Source: Piedraia hortae CBS 480.64 (taxonomy: Eukaryota). Taken from it: a DNA stretch of 64,000 nucleotides. The stretch covers positions 186,001-250,000 of the forward strand of contig MU005961.1 in the NCBI GenBank assembly GCA_010093745.1, in the 5' to 3' direction. Within the stretch, counting starts at the first letter, position 1. Every line of letters starts with the position of its first letter. The notes beneath the pieces are model-generated. The model was not told where the DNA came from and did not search any database. It saw nothing but the letters and a program-made list of their open reading frames with translations. Positions 1-13,357 of the stretch are shown here, piece after piece. The position numbers and the translations under genes are program-made.

Positions 1-54
1 CAGAACCCACCATAGTTGCGTCTTGGTGTTCACCGGAGGTGATACTCCGCCAAT

Positions 55-960
55 CTAGCGTGCTTTCGCGCAACGCTCTGTTACATGTCTCTTGAACGAG
101 AGATTTCGGTCGAGGTATACTCCGAATCCTCTGACGGCTGGCTGGTATCCTGTCGTTGTGGGCTCGTTGGAGAAGTCGTCGCTCGCAATAAGCGTGGGCG
201 AATCCCTTGACCTGCCTCGCATCAGTTCCGCCTTTTTGCGCGCAAACTGGACCTTATGCGTTCGACCGTCGTCCGCCCACCCCAACCGCAAGTGCTGATT
301 CTGGTTGAGGGGTTGTTTCAGGTATAGGAGGGTACAGCACGGGTGATAGCGGGCTTCCCTGAGTGCCACAGGTCACTGCGGCTGGTAGTGTCGTTTGGTC
401 CGCCGCTCTGTATCTTGCGCCATGGTTTCTGTAAATATGGGCCTCCACGATCTAGGGGACTACCAGTCTTTCTTTTCCGGCTTGGGGATCATGACCACAT
501 CTGCTGTACGCCAGATCCAGGCACACGTTGGTAACAGCAAGGAACCAGTGGTTGACATGATCCCAGCATGCTCGCATCAGGGATGCTCTCTATCCCTGGT
601 GCTGTGCTCTTCGACCGAATCGTCGCTTCTTCTGTGAAGACTGGAAGCCTGATGTCGGGGATGCGGCAATGTTGGTGCTCTTATGGTTGGGCGCCTCTGG
701 TGAGCAATGTGCGAGCATCGTGCAACGGTTCGACCCAGTCTCCAAATTATGGCAGACCTCGGCGACAAGTCTAGAATCTGTCCAGTCGTGGGTGGTTTCA
801 CCGGCACTGCCAGTATGCCTCATGCCACTGGAAATTGTCCAATTTGTAAGGCATTGTCCTCCGTCTGCACTTACCGTGACCGCGGGCTCGAACATGGCGT
901 CCTTGACATTAAAGTTCCCTGCAATGAGGCTGTTGAACTCTGGGGCAGATGTTTTCAGTG
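55..960 (-). mobile_element. Degenerate non-LTR (LINE, Tad1/CgT1-like) ORF2 fragments: endonuclease and reverse transcriptase
   Basis: Minus-strand motifs: LIAGNFN (APE endonuclease, ORF 590-964), VVMIPKPEKKDW*SPRSWRPI (about 440-500), QGSPLSPVLY, GWADD, FGVYLDRNLSFKRHV. Contains a stop, frameshifts and large internal deletions. Confidence 0.85.
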
Positions 961-1089
961 CCACTTTTCAAATGGCGCGAAGTCCAAGCTGGGTGGGTTT
1001 GACCTTGAGCCTGGTGCAGTTCTGGGCTCTGTACAGAACCTTGACGAGGTCCTAAATATCCTTGATCCAGTGGGCAACTTGGAATTCTG

Positions 1090-1400
1090 CATCGGGCTGG
1101 TCCAGGCATCAAGTGTCAGAGCGATAGTCCCAAGGGAAGTGGTCATTGTCTCCGCCAGCTTGAGGGCCATCCTGTTGTGAGAGTCCATGGTCTGTTTGAA
1201 ACATGTCTTGGGGGTAGAGATTTCCATCTCGGTCTGTCGACAGATGTCTCTGAACTCCTGGTTCTGGACAAGACTGAAAGCCTGGTCGTCCTTGACAATG
1301 AACCGGCAAATCACTGAGTCCAGGACTGCCTGTCTGAGCCCGGTGAAGATGCGCTTGGCGTTTGGCTGTTTCCCATGATCATGTCCTGATCAACCGCATT
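1090..1400 (-). mobile_element. hAT-family transposase fragment
   Basis: RFIVKDDQAFSLVQNQEFRDIC and IALTLDAWTSP match the hAT segment that carries the first catalytic Asp (DxWTS). Truncated. Confidence 0.7.
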
Positions 1401-1767
1401 TTTGCGCCTGTTGCCGAACCCGTTGAGTTTGTTGCACCTCCTACAGATCTCAATGGTGATTCTTGATGTGTCGTGTGCGGGTTGAGGTGCTGCCGGCCTC
1501 ACTCTGGAGGTACCTCTTGCTGCAGACGCGGCCTCGAACGAAGGCAGATCTTGCGGTAGAAGCCGGCGTTACGTAGGAACGCCGCAAAATCTGCTAGCCG
1601 CCCTCACCAGCTCGGTGAGGTAGCGCTGACGGCATTTGTGGCTGAATTGGCAACGTTGAGTACCTTAGAACCGTTGCCCGAGGCGCCGGCGGCGAATGAC
1701 CACAACCCAGTGTGCCAGGTGCCGGGTGTCTGCAAATGTCTGCAGTAGCAGGTGTTATGACTGCATC

Positions 1768-1910
1768 CTAGTGGTCCTCGCCGCGGTGGTGATACGTCGC
1801 GAAACCTCCATGCCCCGCCTTAGAGGCCAGAAGGTGGTGCAGGTCGGTTTCTTTCAGCTGTAGTGCTGAGGGCTCGCGAACGGCGAAACCATCTGCCCAT
1901 GTTGAATTTG
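1768..1910 (-). mobile_element. LINE ORF2 C-terminal fragment
   Basis: LHHLLASKAGHGGFATYHHR resembles LQRLLALRTGHGDFAAYHRR in the LINE fragment at about 12.35 kb. Confidence 0.65.
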
Positions 1911-3078
1911 TATCTGTACTATTTCTGTACACCCTTGAAATGCGACAAATGTGACGTGGCGCAGTGCGTTCGAAGTCCTGGGCTGTAGGATGGTGATGAG
2001 GCGAACACATCCAACCGCGCCTCGTACCTGGCGAAGAAGGCAAGCACCAGTCGCACAGGAAGCTAATATACTTTGACTAGTGCCTCCTCTTGCTTGTGGG
2101 ACAGGCTTCTACGCGCATCCTATCTATTGACGTTGAAGCTCTGAGGTTGAACGATTGATGTGATGCTTTCTGGCGGTAGCTGCGAAATTTGGCTGGGTGC
2201 CATTCTCGATAGGATATGGAGTTTTCAAAGAGCAGCATACATCATAAGATTGATTTAACTCCCGAGTCTTAGTTACGAGCGTCATCAATTTACTGCTGCC
2301 GCATCTCCCATCAATTGAAGATTCATTCCAGCGTGTGCAGGATACTTGCCAATTCAAGTTAGTCAGGCACGAAGACATTACTCACGGTAGGATCCCGCGT
2401 TATGCAGGAACGTTGTGAACTACCTCTAGGTCACTCACCAATACAGCAAAGTAGTCGTTTTGGGCCTGCAAGATCAAGTTCCCGCCTTGGGCTTCCTCGA
2501 AACCTTGGCTGATTATGGTTCTGAGCTGGCGAATTCATAGTCGCCAACGTTGTAGAGCCTTCTCACAACGCACGTGGTAATCAGACGTTATGATGTTGAC
2601 CCGATGGTCCTTTGCCAAGAAATCTCTGTGGCCCCACCAAGTAGTGGGGCTAACTTGAGCAGGGGCTGGTAACCTTATTATCACTGCGACTTTTTGCCAA
2701 CGATATCCACATGACCCAAGAGGCGATAAGAAACGGGATTGATGTGTTCATGCATGCTATGTCGAGTGATAGATAATTAAAATTCAATCGATGATCATCT
2801 GGCAAGTGAGTGGAAGATGATCAGGGAACAATTAAGACGAAAAGAAATCTCGCCCGATCCAACTGACATACTGTAACTGACCCCATTGCATTGCTCTAAA
2901 CTGGCGCAAATGAGCGAAGCAGGTGAGTATGCTTAGTGTAATTTCCGTTATCATGGTACAACGTCTGTAAGAAGGGATCTGATGCATAGATGACCGAAGC
3001 TGCAAGTCACCAAGTTACGCCATGGGGGGAAGGGGACATAATGCTCTATGCTCATGTATCGACTCACCATACACTACA

Positions 3079-4404
3079 CTACTGCGCAGGACACTGCACC
3101 CTCTCGGCTCCATGATGCATTTCTTCATCTTCATCGTCGTTCATAGCAGTGGCGCGTGAGCCATCTCTAGCCGCGTCCATTTTCTCGAGCGGGTAATCGT
3201 CTGTGACAGCGTCCGGAGGAGGAATATTCTGGGGCATGCGTGGAGGAAGAACAGACTCGAGTGCCTTGATTTGCTGCTGCGTCATAGGCGTCGGGGCGCC
3301 GTTGGCATCAAGCGGGCCCTGGATGCGCTCGGGGAACTTTACGTCAAAGTGCACGTACATGTTACCGAAGTCGTGGTGACGGTACGACGGCATGCCCTGG
3401 CCGCGGATAACCTTGACCTCGCCTGCGTTTCACGTCAGCGTCTGTTTGCAACCACAGCAGCTCTACTTACCTGGCGAGATGACTTCTCCAGCTTCCAACT
3501 CGACCGTCAGCCACCGGTCGTCGAGGTGCTCAATGTAGATGGCGCCACCCGAGAGGGCGGTCAAGAGATCGATCTCGGCGTGGTAGAATAGGTCATCACC
3601 TTTGCGCTGGAACCGCGGGTGCGGCTTCTGCTCAATCTCAAATTGCACATCACCCGGCTCGACGCCCGGCACCTGGTCTCCCTCTCCTTGCAAGTCGATC
3701 TTGGTCCCACTCTGCACTCCGCGGTCGACGGGGACATGCAACACCTTTCGTTCTATGATGGTCTTTTTGCCACCGCAGTGCTTGCAGCGGTCCTTTTCGC
3801 GAATCGTCTCGCCCTCTCCCTGGCAGTCGGGACACACGGTCTGGAAGCGTTGGATCATGGGACCCATCTGGCGCATCATCGTCTTCGCCCCCTGGCCGTG
3901 GCAGCCGGGACACGTCTTTACTGCACCCTCCTTTCCCCCGCGGCCGTCGCACTTAGGGCATATCACGCTCTTCTGCAGTGCCAGCTTGCTGGTTTTGCCT
4001 TTGTAGATGTCCTCGAGACTGACTTTGTGTACATGGTGAATCGGCCGCGCTTTTTTCGGGCCCGTGTCGCGCATTCCGCCGCCAAACATACCGCCAAACC
4101 CGCCGCCAAATCCACTTCCGAATATATGCGAGAAAAGATCTTCCGCTCCCATGCCGCCACCCATGCCGCCAGCACCTTCTAGACCTTCCTTGCCGAATTG
4201 ATCGTACATCTGACGCTTCTGGGGGTCAGAGAGTACTGAAAAGGCCTCTCCGATCTGCTTGAACTTCTCTTCGGCTTCCTTGGAATGCTGATTCTTGTCA
4301 GGGTGATGCTTCATGGCGAGCTTTCGGTACGCTTTCTTCAGCTGCTCGTCGGTTGCGTCCGGCGCGCAGCCCAATACATCATACAGTTCTGTGTCGCGCA
4401 CCAT
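3079..4404 (-). CDS. YDJ1: Type I Hsp40/DnaJ chaperone (Ydj1/Mas5)
   Basis: J-domain HPD, G/F region, four CxxCxGxG-type zinc motifs, C-terminal CaaX CPAQ. ATG at 4404; 48-nt intron 3423-3470 joins the two ORFs in frame. Confidence 0.96.
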
Positions 4405-4668
4405 TGTTGATGGAATGTTTGCACGAGTGGAAAAGAGGAATTGTGTGCGAAGGGGCGAGAAAATGTCAAGTGAGCATGGGATAAGCACGGGAGGAGCCGA
4501 GAATCTTCTACCAGATTCTACGCCTGCGCCGCACTCCCTTATTGGTGCGCCACACGTATATTTGACGGGATCACAAGCCTTATTGGCGCGTAGTCCCACC
4601 CCCACATTACAGAGCTAGAATGTGATTAAACCGTTCACAACACACGACTACGCTTCCTCTTCCTCTTC

Positions 4669-5727
4669 CTACTCTTCTTCATCACCTGGCGACGTTCTAT
4701 CGTCGACTCGATGCACTTTCCGGTGCCGTCGTAGATTCGACACTACGGAAAACTGCCGACCGCAGTCCTTGAATGTGCAGCGGAAAGCTGATTCTTGTTA
4801 GCAGGTTGGAAGGGAGAGATGAACAGTCGCCAAACGCTTACGTTTTTCTCCCGTGTGACTGTACATGTGTGTTTGGAGTGAGCTCGGCCGCGTGAAGCGT
4901 TTTTCACAAACTTTGCACTTGTGCTTCTTCACCGAGGTCGATCCAACCCTAGAGCTGAATTGACCCATCATGGACTGTGCCGCCGGTAAAGGTCCTGGCA
5001 TCAGTATAGGAGCAGCATTTGATGATCCCGCAGCTGCTGTGGCCACGGCGGGCTGGCGCGGAATGGTGAGGGCACTGCAGGGATCACCCACGTCACCTGG
5101 GGAGCTATAACCCCCAGGAGAGGGCTCGCTAGCAGAGGAGTGTCTGTAGTTGGCGTAAGTACTGGCTGATGAGATGGACGAGTTGGCCGAGTGAGAGGTC
5201 GGGAACGCAAAAGCATCTACATGGCTGGTCGAGGCTGGAGCTGCGTATAAATTCTCGTTCAAGACGACGAGATTGCGTCCGTCCAAGGAATGGGAGTAGC
5301 CTTGCCGCTGAATTTCCGTTGCATGGGTGAGAGGGTGAGAGGCCCTTCGTATAGCGTAGGCAGGGCCATAATTGGGCATATAACTATGGAATTGCTGAGT
5401 ATATTGCGGCGTGGCTACTTGAGGTTGTTGTGAAGGTTGAACTGGCTGTTGCACGAGAGGATGTACAAATGACGTTTGGGAATCAACTCGCGGCGGCGTC
5501 TGCTTTATGACCTGTGGCACTGGTTGATATGGCTGCAACACCATCTGTTGTTTTTGTACCTGTGCTTGTTCTTGCTGCTGCTGCTGCTGCGTTTGTGGTC
5601 GGAACTGTAAGTCATCACCGTTCCAAGAACCTAAAAACCTCGGCGGATTACTGAAACATGCTTGCTGGTCGAATGACTGGCGGGCATTTTTAAATGTGGC
5701 AGACAGTTGATGCCGATCGGTAGCCAT
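4669..5727 (-). CDS. C2H2 two-finger transcription factor, MtfA/Nrg1-like
   Basis: CKVCEKRFTRPSSLQTHMYSHTGEK, then intron 4788-4841, then PFRCTFKDCGRQFSVVSNLRRHRKVH; stop at 4669-4671. Q-rich N-terminus. Confidence 0.88.
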
Positions 5728-6043
5728 TTCTTATGATAAATCTAATGAAATTCGACCAATTTCGCAAACGGCGAAGGTGAAAAGTGTGGAGAAGAACGTG
5801 TTAAGGCACAAGCGTGACTGCATTTCCTTCCCCTCCCCCACGAGGCTGGGCGCGCCGTGGGGTAGGGTATCGAGGATGTGACTGGAGTTTCAGCTGCCGC
5901 AGGGATCTGCATCCATCCGCCCGGAATCATGTACGAGCCATGTACACAATCTGCACTGATACATCGGCCTATACTCGAGGCAAGCTGAACCGGCTTAAAG
6001 ACCCAGGGGTAATTACAACCAACATACATCCGAAAGTGTTTTA

Positions 6044-8359
6044 TTACATTCCCACGTGCTGGTTGATCCAGCCGAGTACCGTCTTGTGCCACACAAGGCT
6101 ATTCTCAGGCTTCAAGACCCAGTGGTTCTCATCAGAGAATGTTAAGAATTCGCTTTCCACGCCTCGAGTTTGCAAAACGTTGAACGCTGCTAGGCCTTCC
6201 GTTATCGGCACGCGATAATCTAACTCGCTGTGTATAACGAGTTGCGGCGTGGACCAGTTATCAATAAAGTCATAAGGGTTCCAGCGAGGCCATGAAGTCG
6301 TGTTCTCCTTTCCACCGGCCCAGGTTGGTAGGCCATAGTCATGGAAGGGAAACCAAAGCTCTTCAGTTGCCAACATGCCTCCAGACAGAGTCAGAGGTCC
6401 GTCATGGCAAACCAGGCACTTGAACTTTCGCCCCAAAGGATGTCCTTGAATCCAATTGATCTTTTCTCATCAGCCTTGTCCTCGTTATCCAAGAGCCACT
6501 TACCACGTATCCACCATAGCTAGCTCCAAGGGCTACTGCCCTGTTCGTATCCACATCCGGAAGATTCTTTGACACCCAGTCAAAGGTATTTACAAGATCC
6601 AGGTACGGGTCACCACCCCAGTTCTGTTTGATAGCATCGGTGAATTCCTGTCCAAAGCCCGTTGACCCCGTTGGGTTTGCAGACACCACAATGTAACCTT
6701 TGACGTCAGAAGCGTCTGTGATAAGGACTTGCCAACTCACCTTGCTCCGCAAAGATCATCTGGTTCCACCGCGTGCTCCAGCTATCGCTCCAGCTACTCT
6801 GCGGTCCACCATGAATCAGGAAAGCCAATGGGTATTTCCGACTCTTTTGATAATTACTGGGCCGGATAACCCAAGCCTGAACATTCTTCCTGATGCTCGG
6901 GTTCGATGCCGGGGTCAAAATGGACGAAACCTGGTCATAACTGATACCGAAACGAGCTCCATTCCCCGACAGCGAATTGGACCATTTTACTTTAGCAAGG
7001 CCCGTTCCGGATGTATCCAGCAGCCGGTATAGCGAGCTGTCGACCAGAGACGTTGAAGTAACCATTACTCGGCCATCTGCCAGTGGATTGATGCTGGTAA
7101 TGGAGCCACGATCAGTCAGGGCCCTAACTCGGCCGTTCAGCAAGAAAAGCTTTGTATAGCCTTCGTCCTCGGCTACGGCTAGAATGGCACGGCCATCATG
7201 TGTAAAAGAAATCATTTCAGGACTGCGGTCCCATCCTTCAGTTGGAACAAGGTCAGGCTTGGCATCAATATCCTCCATGCATAGCACATGGTTTTGATCA
7301 GACTGCAGTGTCAGATATTACCCTGCATTCGTTTGCACTTCCTCACCTCGTAACCATTCTCTTTCATGGCCAAGAATGCAAGACGTTTGCCCGTTGGAGC
7401 GAAGATGGGATACGTTTTGGCCCCCTCGTAGCCCTCAACAACCACTTGTTTGAGCCCCGATGTAGTGCCATTGGCCCAATCGGTGATTGAGAGAGTGTAT
7501 ATATTGGTCTTGGTGTATAGAGCGCGATTGATGCTGGGATCCTTTGACGTCAAAACAATGGCATCAGCACGGATGTCAAAATTGTCCGGGCCGCCAAACG
7601 GACGAATGGGTGATTCAAGGGTTGTATTGGGCAAAACATTATGAATGGGTGAAAGGCTCCACTTGTCCTGATTTTGGACCATCTTAGCATACCAGATCGA
7701 GTTGCGTTCCTCTGTCTCCCAGCGATCCCAATGGCGGACCATCAAGCTCTTGTACAGCTTTCCGGATGACAAAGGTTTCGGGGCATTGGGAGATACGATG
7801 CTACCGTTCGGATGGGCTTCCGCAGTAAAGGCAACTCCGAATGCATGTCCAGGGAGAGCTGAGGTATTACTTCTAAACTTCAACTTGAAATATGTTTCAG
7901 GGACTTACAGACGACTTTGAGATTCTCGGCATCGGCATCGATCATGCTGACAGATTGGGCAGACGCTGACGAGCTAACGTCAAAAAAACGCAGCGTCGTG
8001 CTGCCATCATCTTCTGAACGCAGGTACACGAGTTCATGATCACTAATCCAATTCGGACTCGATGCACTTTGTTCTTCAACAAGTTGTGTTTGATTAGAAG
8101 AGATATTCAAGACTCGAATCTGAGAAGTTCCCGCATGCTGCTCAAAGCTGTTCCCGTAAGCGTACTTTAATCAATGCAGGAAGAAGCTTCCAAGGCAAGG
8201 TTACCTGTATGCCGAGACTGTGTATGCAATGAGAGTACCATTGGCGTTAGGCACCCCGGCGGAACGTCTTGGTGCCGAAAGCAGGACTTCAGGAGTTAAC
8301 TTATTTGCTGCTTGCGCCAGTGAGATGACTGCTAGCAACACGCCGTACAGTAACTTCAT
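6044..8359 (-). CDS. dppV: Secreted dipeptidyl-peptidase V (S9 family)
   Basis: Signal peptide MKLLYGVLLAVISLAQA; motifs IHGGPQ, NPTGSTGFG, nucleophile GASYGG, DYRVP, DENHWV. Five GT-AG introns restore a continuous frame. Confidence 0.92.
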
Positions 8360-10944
8360 TGTTGATAGAAGAGATAAGGCGCATGGTTGAAGGATGCGGT
8401 ACCTTTATCAAAACAATTTTGCTTTTTACCCATGCACGTCGGTCGGTTGCCTCTTATGGAAGGCATGGAGCTTGGTTTACCGGAGACATTTCACCATGGC
8501 CCAATAGAGAACCGTGCGCATGCGCCATGTACTTGTCACTGCAGGAACCAATGCATGTCAATCGCGATCCCGCATGGTATGACAGGAATTTCCCCAACTT
8601 TCCCCGCCTTGCACTCAAAACGTTGCATATCGACAATCAAATCCTACTTAATTGACGCATAGCAGTCAAATTTTAGCGGCGATTGAACAAGTCCGCGAAG
8701 ACCGAGATTCAGCTCTTCAAGCTTATTGGGATATCTCATTGTTGGGATCGGAGAAATGCTTCATCGTCCAAATTTTACCCGAAGCAGCTTCGACTCCTTC
8801 TATATGTGTACTTCATTTATCCGTCTTATCTTACCTTGCATCGCGAGAGCTTCAAGCTTCACCTCAAAGCAGCAGGCAGGGCAATTTACCTATCTAGTAT
8901 TTCCGTGTCACACAGTGTCAATCCACAACAGAATGATTGGTCTGGGTCTCGTATGAAAAGACCATTGAACTAGTTTGCTTATACGTATGTAACTGTCACG
9001 ACCAGTGCTGGCAAGTACAGCATCGGCAGCGCACGCCGCAATCACATTGTAAAAATCAGGGCTAACAGTTGGCTGCACCTCTTCTGCTCATTCTCGAAAA
9101 AGCTGTCAGCAACGCGAGGCCGACCAGGAAACCAATAGTCCCAACGCGACGCGAAGATCCAAATGCATCATGACGAGAACACAGGACAAAGATTTCTATG
9201 CAAGGGCAAACGACAAAGCTAAAATTTTACACCTGCGTTTACCGAGATACAACATTCGATTCCAATTTTGCACTTCGATTCAAGTGAGATCAAGCTAGAG
9301 CGTTCATGGTTCGCGCTACTTCGACCCAAGAACAGACCAGTTCTCACATTTTTGCAATATCGTGTGTCATTACCTTGTAGGGATTTCTTCCCACGGATAA
9401 TTGTCATTTCATGAAGCAAACGAGGAGGATTGACTTCTAGACGCAAGCGTCGCCAAAACGATGAGAGGATCAGCTCGAGATCTGCAACACAAAGAAAAAG
9501 CAAAACCTCAGGTCAGTGAGGCTTCCGAATCCAGTTAATAAAGTATGCAGTTACCACACATGAGCCTGTTAGGCATTGAATCCCATACAACCGTTCAGCT
9601 TCAGATCAATGATCTTCAACCACAGGCCATATGTTGCGATAACATTTCGTCGCCCAAAGCAAACCTTCCGAGCCCCTTCTTCTCAACTTGAAGGTGGATA
9701 ATTGTCGTTCAATCAAATCAAGTCTCACCTTGATGTGATTACGAAGATAGATGAAGAAGTTGTGACACATCGTTGACGAAAGCTTGGGTGGGCATAAATC
9801 TGTTAACGCCGTGGCGGCATCGTCCCGGAGTGATGGCGTGCTAGAAAGGCTAGAACTGTAATCGTATTTTGACCCCTAACCCGCAAATCTAACCCCGAGT
9901 GGTAAACCAAGTGAAATCACGCCACAGAGCTTCTCCGCAAAGCGAGCATTATGCGTAATGCTGTAGTTGTCCCTGCGCTCTGTATCACCGACCTTATCCG
10001 CGAAGACAAAGCCAACACGGTGTAATGCACGAATGCGGCGAAGTGCTTATGTTTCTAACCAAGTGAACGAGGCCCAAGAACGCATTTGGCTACGTAGCAT
10101 AATGTTCCTATTACTTCTACGTATTCTAGTCTTCACGTCATCCCCCGCAAGCAACATATTATATACCAACCGCAGGAACACTGCATTCACGCTTCACAGA
10201 ATGTCGAATGGTCGTGCCAACTAGACTAGTCTAGTCTGGTCCGGATCATGATTGATCAACGATAGCCCTAACCGATGGCCTTCATGCTGCCCACGCGAAC
10301 TGTCTGCCAAACCCCGAAGCCACCCACCTCAAGAGGGAACAAAACGATCATTTTTTGCTAGCGCAGCGTCGCAAAATGGTGACGGTGACTTCCCTTATAC
10401 CATCTTTCGTGACCAGGCGCAGATTTGAGCGAGCCGTTATCCATGGTAGCCGGGCAGATCGCGATGTATAGGTCTGCATTGACAATATGGCTGCTACATA
10501 ACGCTTGCATGCAGCGACCTCTGTCTCGGCCCGTTGGGCGTCTTATTCGCTCCTTCATGGGGCCGACAGGCGTGATATCAGGGCCAAATTGGGCTGGGTC
10601 ACCATGATGTTAAAGGAACGGAGTTGCGAACTGGCTGGCCAAAGTGGAAGCAAGTGTTTCCGATCCAGATGCAAAACCGACTGCTGCTGAGACAAAACCA
10701 AACGGCAGGAGAATGCACAGGGTATAAGGCGGACAATTATTAGAAGGAACTGGAATTGGGCCTCCCTGAGACCTTGCGGCGATGTGCGGGGCTTTGCTGT
10801 TCAAAAGGCCCCACACTACAGCTGAAGGGGCACGACTGTCACCTCCTTTTGGCCTCGAGTACCCGGAGCACCTCATACCACGGACTGGCCTTTCGCCGCT
10901 GGCACCTCTAACTCTGGCTTGGGAGCCCCACGCCAGCAACTTAA

Positions 10945-11609
10945 TAGAAGTCTTCTCCACTGCGTGCACACTTTTGATCACCACTTCAAACTTGAATAAC
11001 ATCACGCACAACCATGGTACATAACTATAGGTTGACTTTTTCGAAAGCGCATGCTCTAAGGATTCGTATGGTTCAAGTTTTGTATGTTCACGTTCCTTCC
11101 TGCGATCGGTATACTGCAATTCATGTCAAATGGCACCATTGCAGAGATGTCGCCAGTACAGCACCAGCTAACATCTTTCACATACTTTGCGCTCATGAAC
11201 GTACTATTTGTGGTCTCGCGTTTCCAGTGCACTTTGTTTCAGGCATGCGCAAGGTCGGGTAGCTGTGTTCTGTCCGTTCAGAGTTGGCGGGTCGAATTCG
11301 CGACGTCGCTTTCAGTTTTGAATCGACCTAACACAACGTATAATTGCCGCAAACAGTCGTGAGCGGTCTCATACGATAGCTTGCATTGTACAGACTCGAA
11401 TGGTATGCAATTTGCATGGTTAATGTTCTGTTTTGCTTGTTATCTATTCGGGTTTGTTTCGACCCCTAATGGCCCTAGAAACCCGCAAGATTTCGAGCAA
11501 TCGCACTTTGAATACTATCATAAAAAGCAGTGGAATATAGATTTAAAGGTATGGACTTTCGCCTAAATCAATCATCAAGTGTTTGAGACGTTCAGGTGTC
11601 GCGCTACAT
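10945..11609. repeat. Left arm of a 665-bp inverted repeat
   Basis: Reverse complement of 13821-14485. Mirrored ORFs translate identically and paired coordinates sum to 25430. Confidence 0.97.
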
Positions 11610-12603
11610 CGCTCATCCGAACTGTAGATGGAAAGCACCCGCTGGCAATCAGGGCTTCCACTACCAAACACTGCGCAGCCGCACCTTGAGGCTGAGGACA
11701 AAACTACAACGGGCAGGATTTTTACTGCAAAAGATTGACCGACCTCCTCTGATTGATCGGCGCTTCACAGCCGGATGTCGGTTAGATCCTACGAACGGAG
11801 AATCCAAAGAAGAGGCCGCAGCACACTTTGTGTCGTGGCTCTCCACCCTACCCTCGTCAGATATCGTGGCGCTCAGCGACGGTTCACAGACGGGCAAATG
11901 GGACATTGGCTATGGCTACGTCCTCCAACAAGGCGGTCAGTACGTGGGGATGGGCAAGGCGAGGATCGACCCCTGCTCAGCCGTGTTTGACGCCGAGGCA
12001 GTAGGTGCGTGGCGCGCCCTAGAGCGGGCTGTTGCACACCGGGAAAGGACAGGACAGGGAAGGATATGGATCTGTGTCGACAACACGGCCGTCATCTGGT
12101 GTTTACGTGCGGATGCCTCTATCTCGTCCCACTGGACGTTTCAAGCGCTTCACCAAGTTGCCGATGCGCACGACATCGAAATCAAGTGGTGTCCAGGACA
12201 TTGCGACGTCCAGGGCAACGAGACCGCAGACGAACTAGCAAAGGACGGCAGCAAGGAAGCGACCCTCTCTGACCTTTACAAGACCTGGCGACTCCCGTAT
12301 GCGGTGCGGGAGAACGCCGAACTCCACCTGGGACGCCCGATCCTTCAGCGCCTTCTGGCGCTGAGAACGGGACACGGAGACTTCGCGGCATACCATCGCC
12401 GCTTCCATCACGACAACGCAGTTCTCAACTGCAGGTGCGGCCGACCAAAGGCCCCTGAGCACTTGGTGCATTGCCCGCGCGTTGTTCGCCAGTGGCGAGT
12501 CTGGCCCTGGTTCTGGGATGGACCGAGGCGGATGCTGGATTTCGAAGGGTGGAAGAAGTATCTTGCCGACCTGGTTAGAAGGCCCACAGACGAGGTGGGT
12601 TAA
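11610..12603 (+). pseudogene. LINE ORF2 RNase H and C-terminal zinc-knuckle fragment
   Basis: SDGS, VFDAEAVGA, VDNTA, KWCPGHCDVQGNETADELAK (RNase H D-E-D-D residues present); GHGDFAAYHRRF; CRCG...HLVHCP. Confidence 0.9.
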
Positions 12604-13197
12604 GGTGTATTCATCCCGTTGGCGACGGATCGCGTCGGACTCGCCAAAGGTGGAGACGAGGGCCCCCTCCAGGGCGCTCCATTGTTGCAGCAACTGGGGC
12701 TTGGAAGGAAGTGTCCTTACGAACCACTCACGGGCTACTCCCCGGAGTTGGTTGGCTGTATACGCGCACTTAATCCTCGTATCCCCTAAGTCACTATCGA
12801 GAAGCTCCTTCAATTTGACATGCGTCAGGAACGCAGGCAGCGTGCCGGCTTTGCCAGCGAACGTCTGCCAATCCGACGCGTCAACCTCATAGCTCGTCTG
12901 GGGCTTGGTGTCGATCTCCATCTTAGGCCCAAGCGAATCCAACGGTGGATGGTCGTCGTCTGATTCGGAATATTGTTCGTCCGACGGACAAGTGTCGGGC
13001 CAGAACCCGGCGGCGGTGCGTTCCTCGGTTGGAGTATGCGGAGGGTGGCGAGAGAGAGCGAGCGCCCGTCCCGATGGCGGCGTATGTGTAGGGCGGGCCG
13101 TCCTACCTGAAGAGCTCATACTTGCCGCGTTTGTTGCCAACACAGGCTTCTTTCGAGAAATCTGTCCGCGCGGCTGAGCAAAATCTATGGGAAACAC
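12600..13197 (-). pseudogene. LTR-retrotransposon gag-like fragment
   Basis: YTANQLRGVAREWF...WSALEGALVSTFG resembles the Ty3/gypsy gag capsid pattern (L.G.A..W, W..F...L...F). Truncated against the LINE fragment. Confidence 0.6.
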
Positions 13198-13357
13198 AGG
13201 CCGCAGGCTATCCTCGCAATGCGGAGGAGGACCGTGGCTGGATAACAGCCCTTTGAGGCTCGAGATGCTTGCTAAGGAACCTAACGTATGTAGGTAGACC
13301 TAGTTTAGCACGCCCCCATGCCCTTCGGGAGGTCGCGAATGGCCGTTAGCGGTCATT

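Noticed and set aside
9874..9882. CCCTAACCC as a telomerase template
   Set aside because: Within chance expectation, and I saw no supporting helices comparable to those at 21.8 kb.
11014..11566. Duplicated small ORFs in the inverted arms as genes
   Set aside because: No recognisable motifs, mostly non-ATG starts; their identity simply reflects the repeat.
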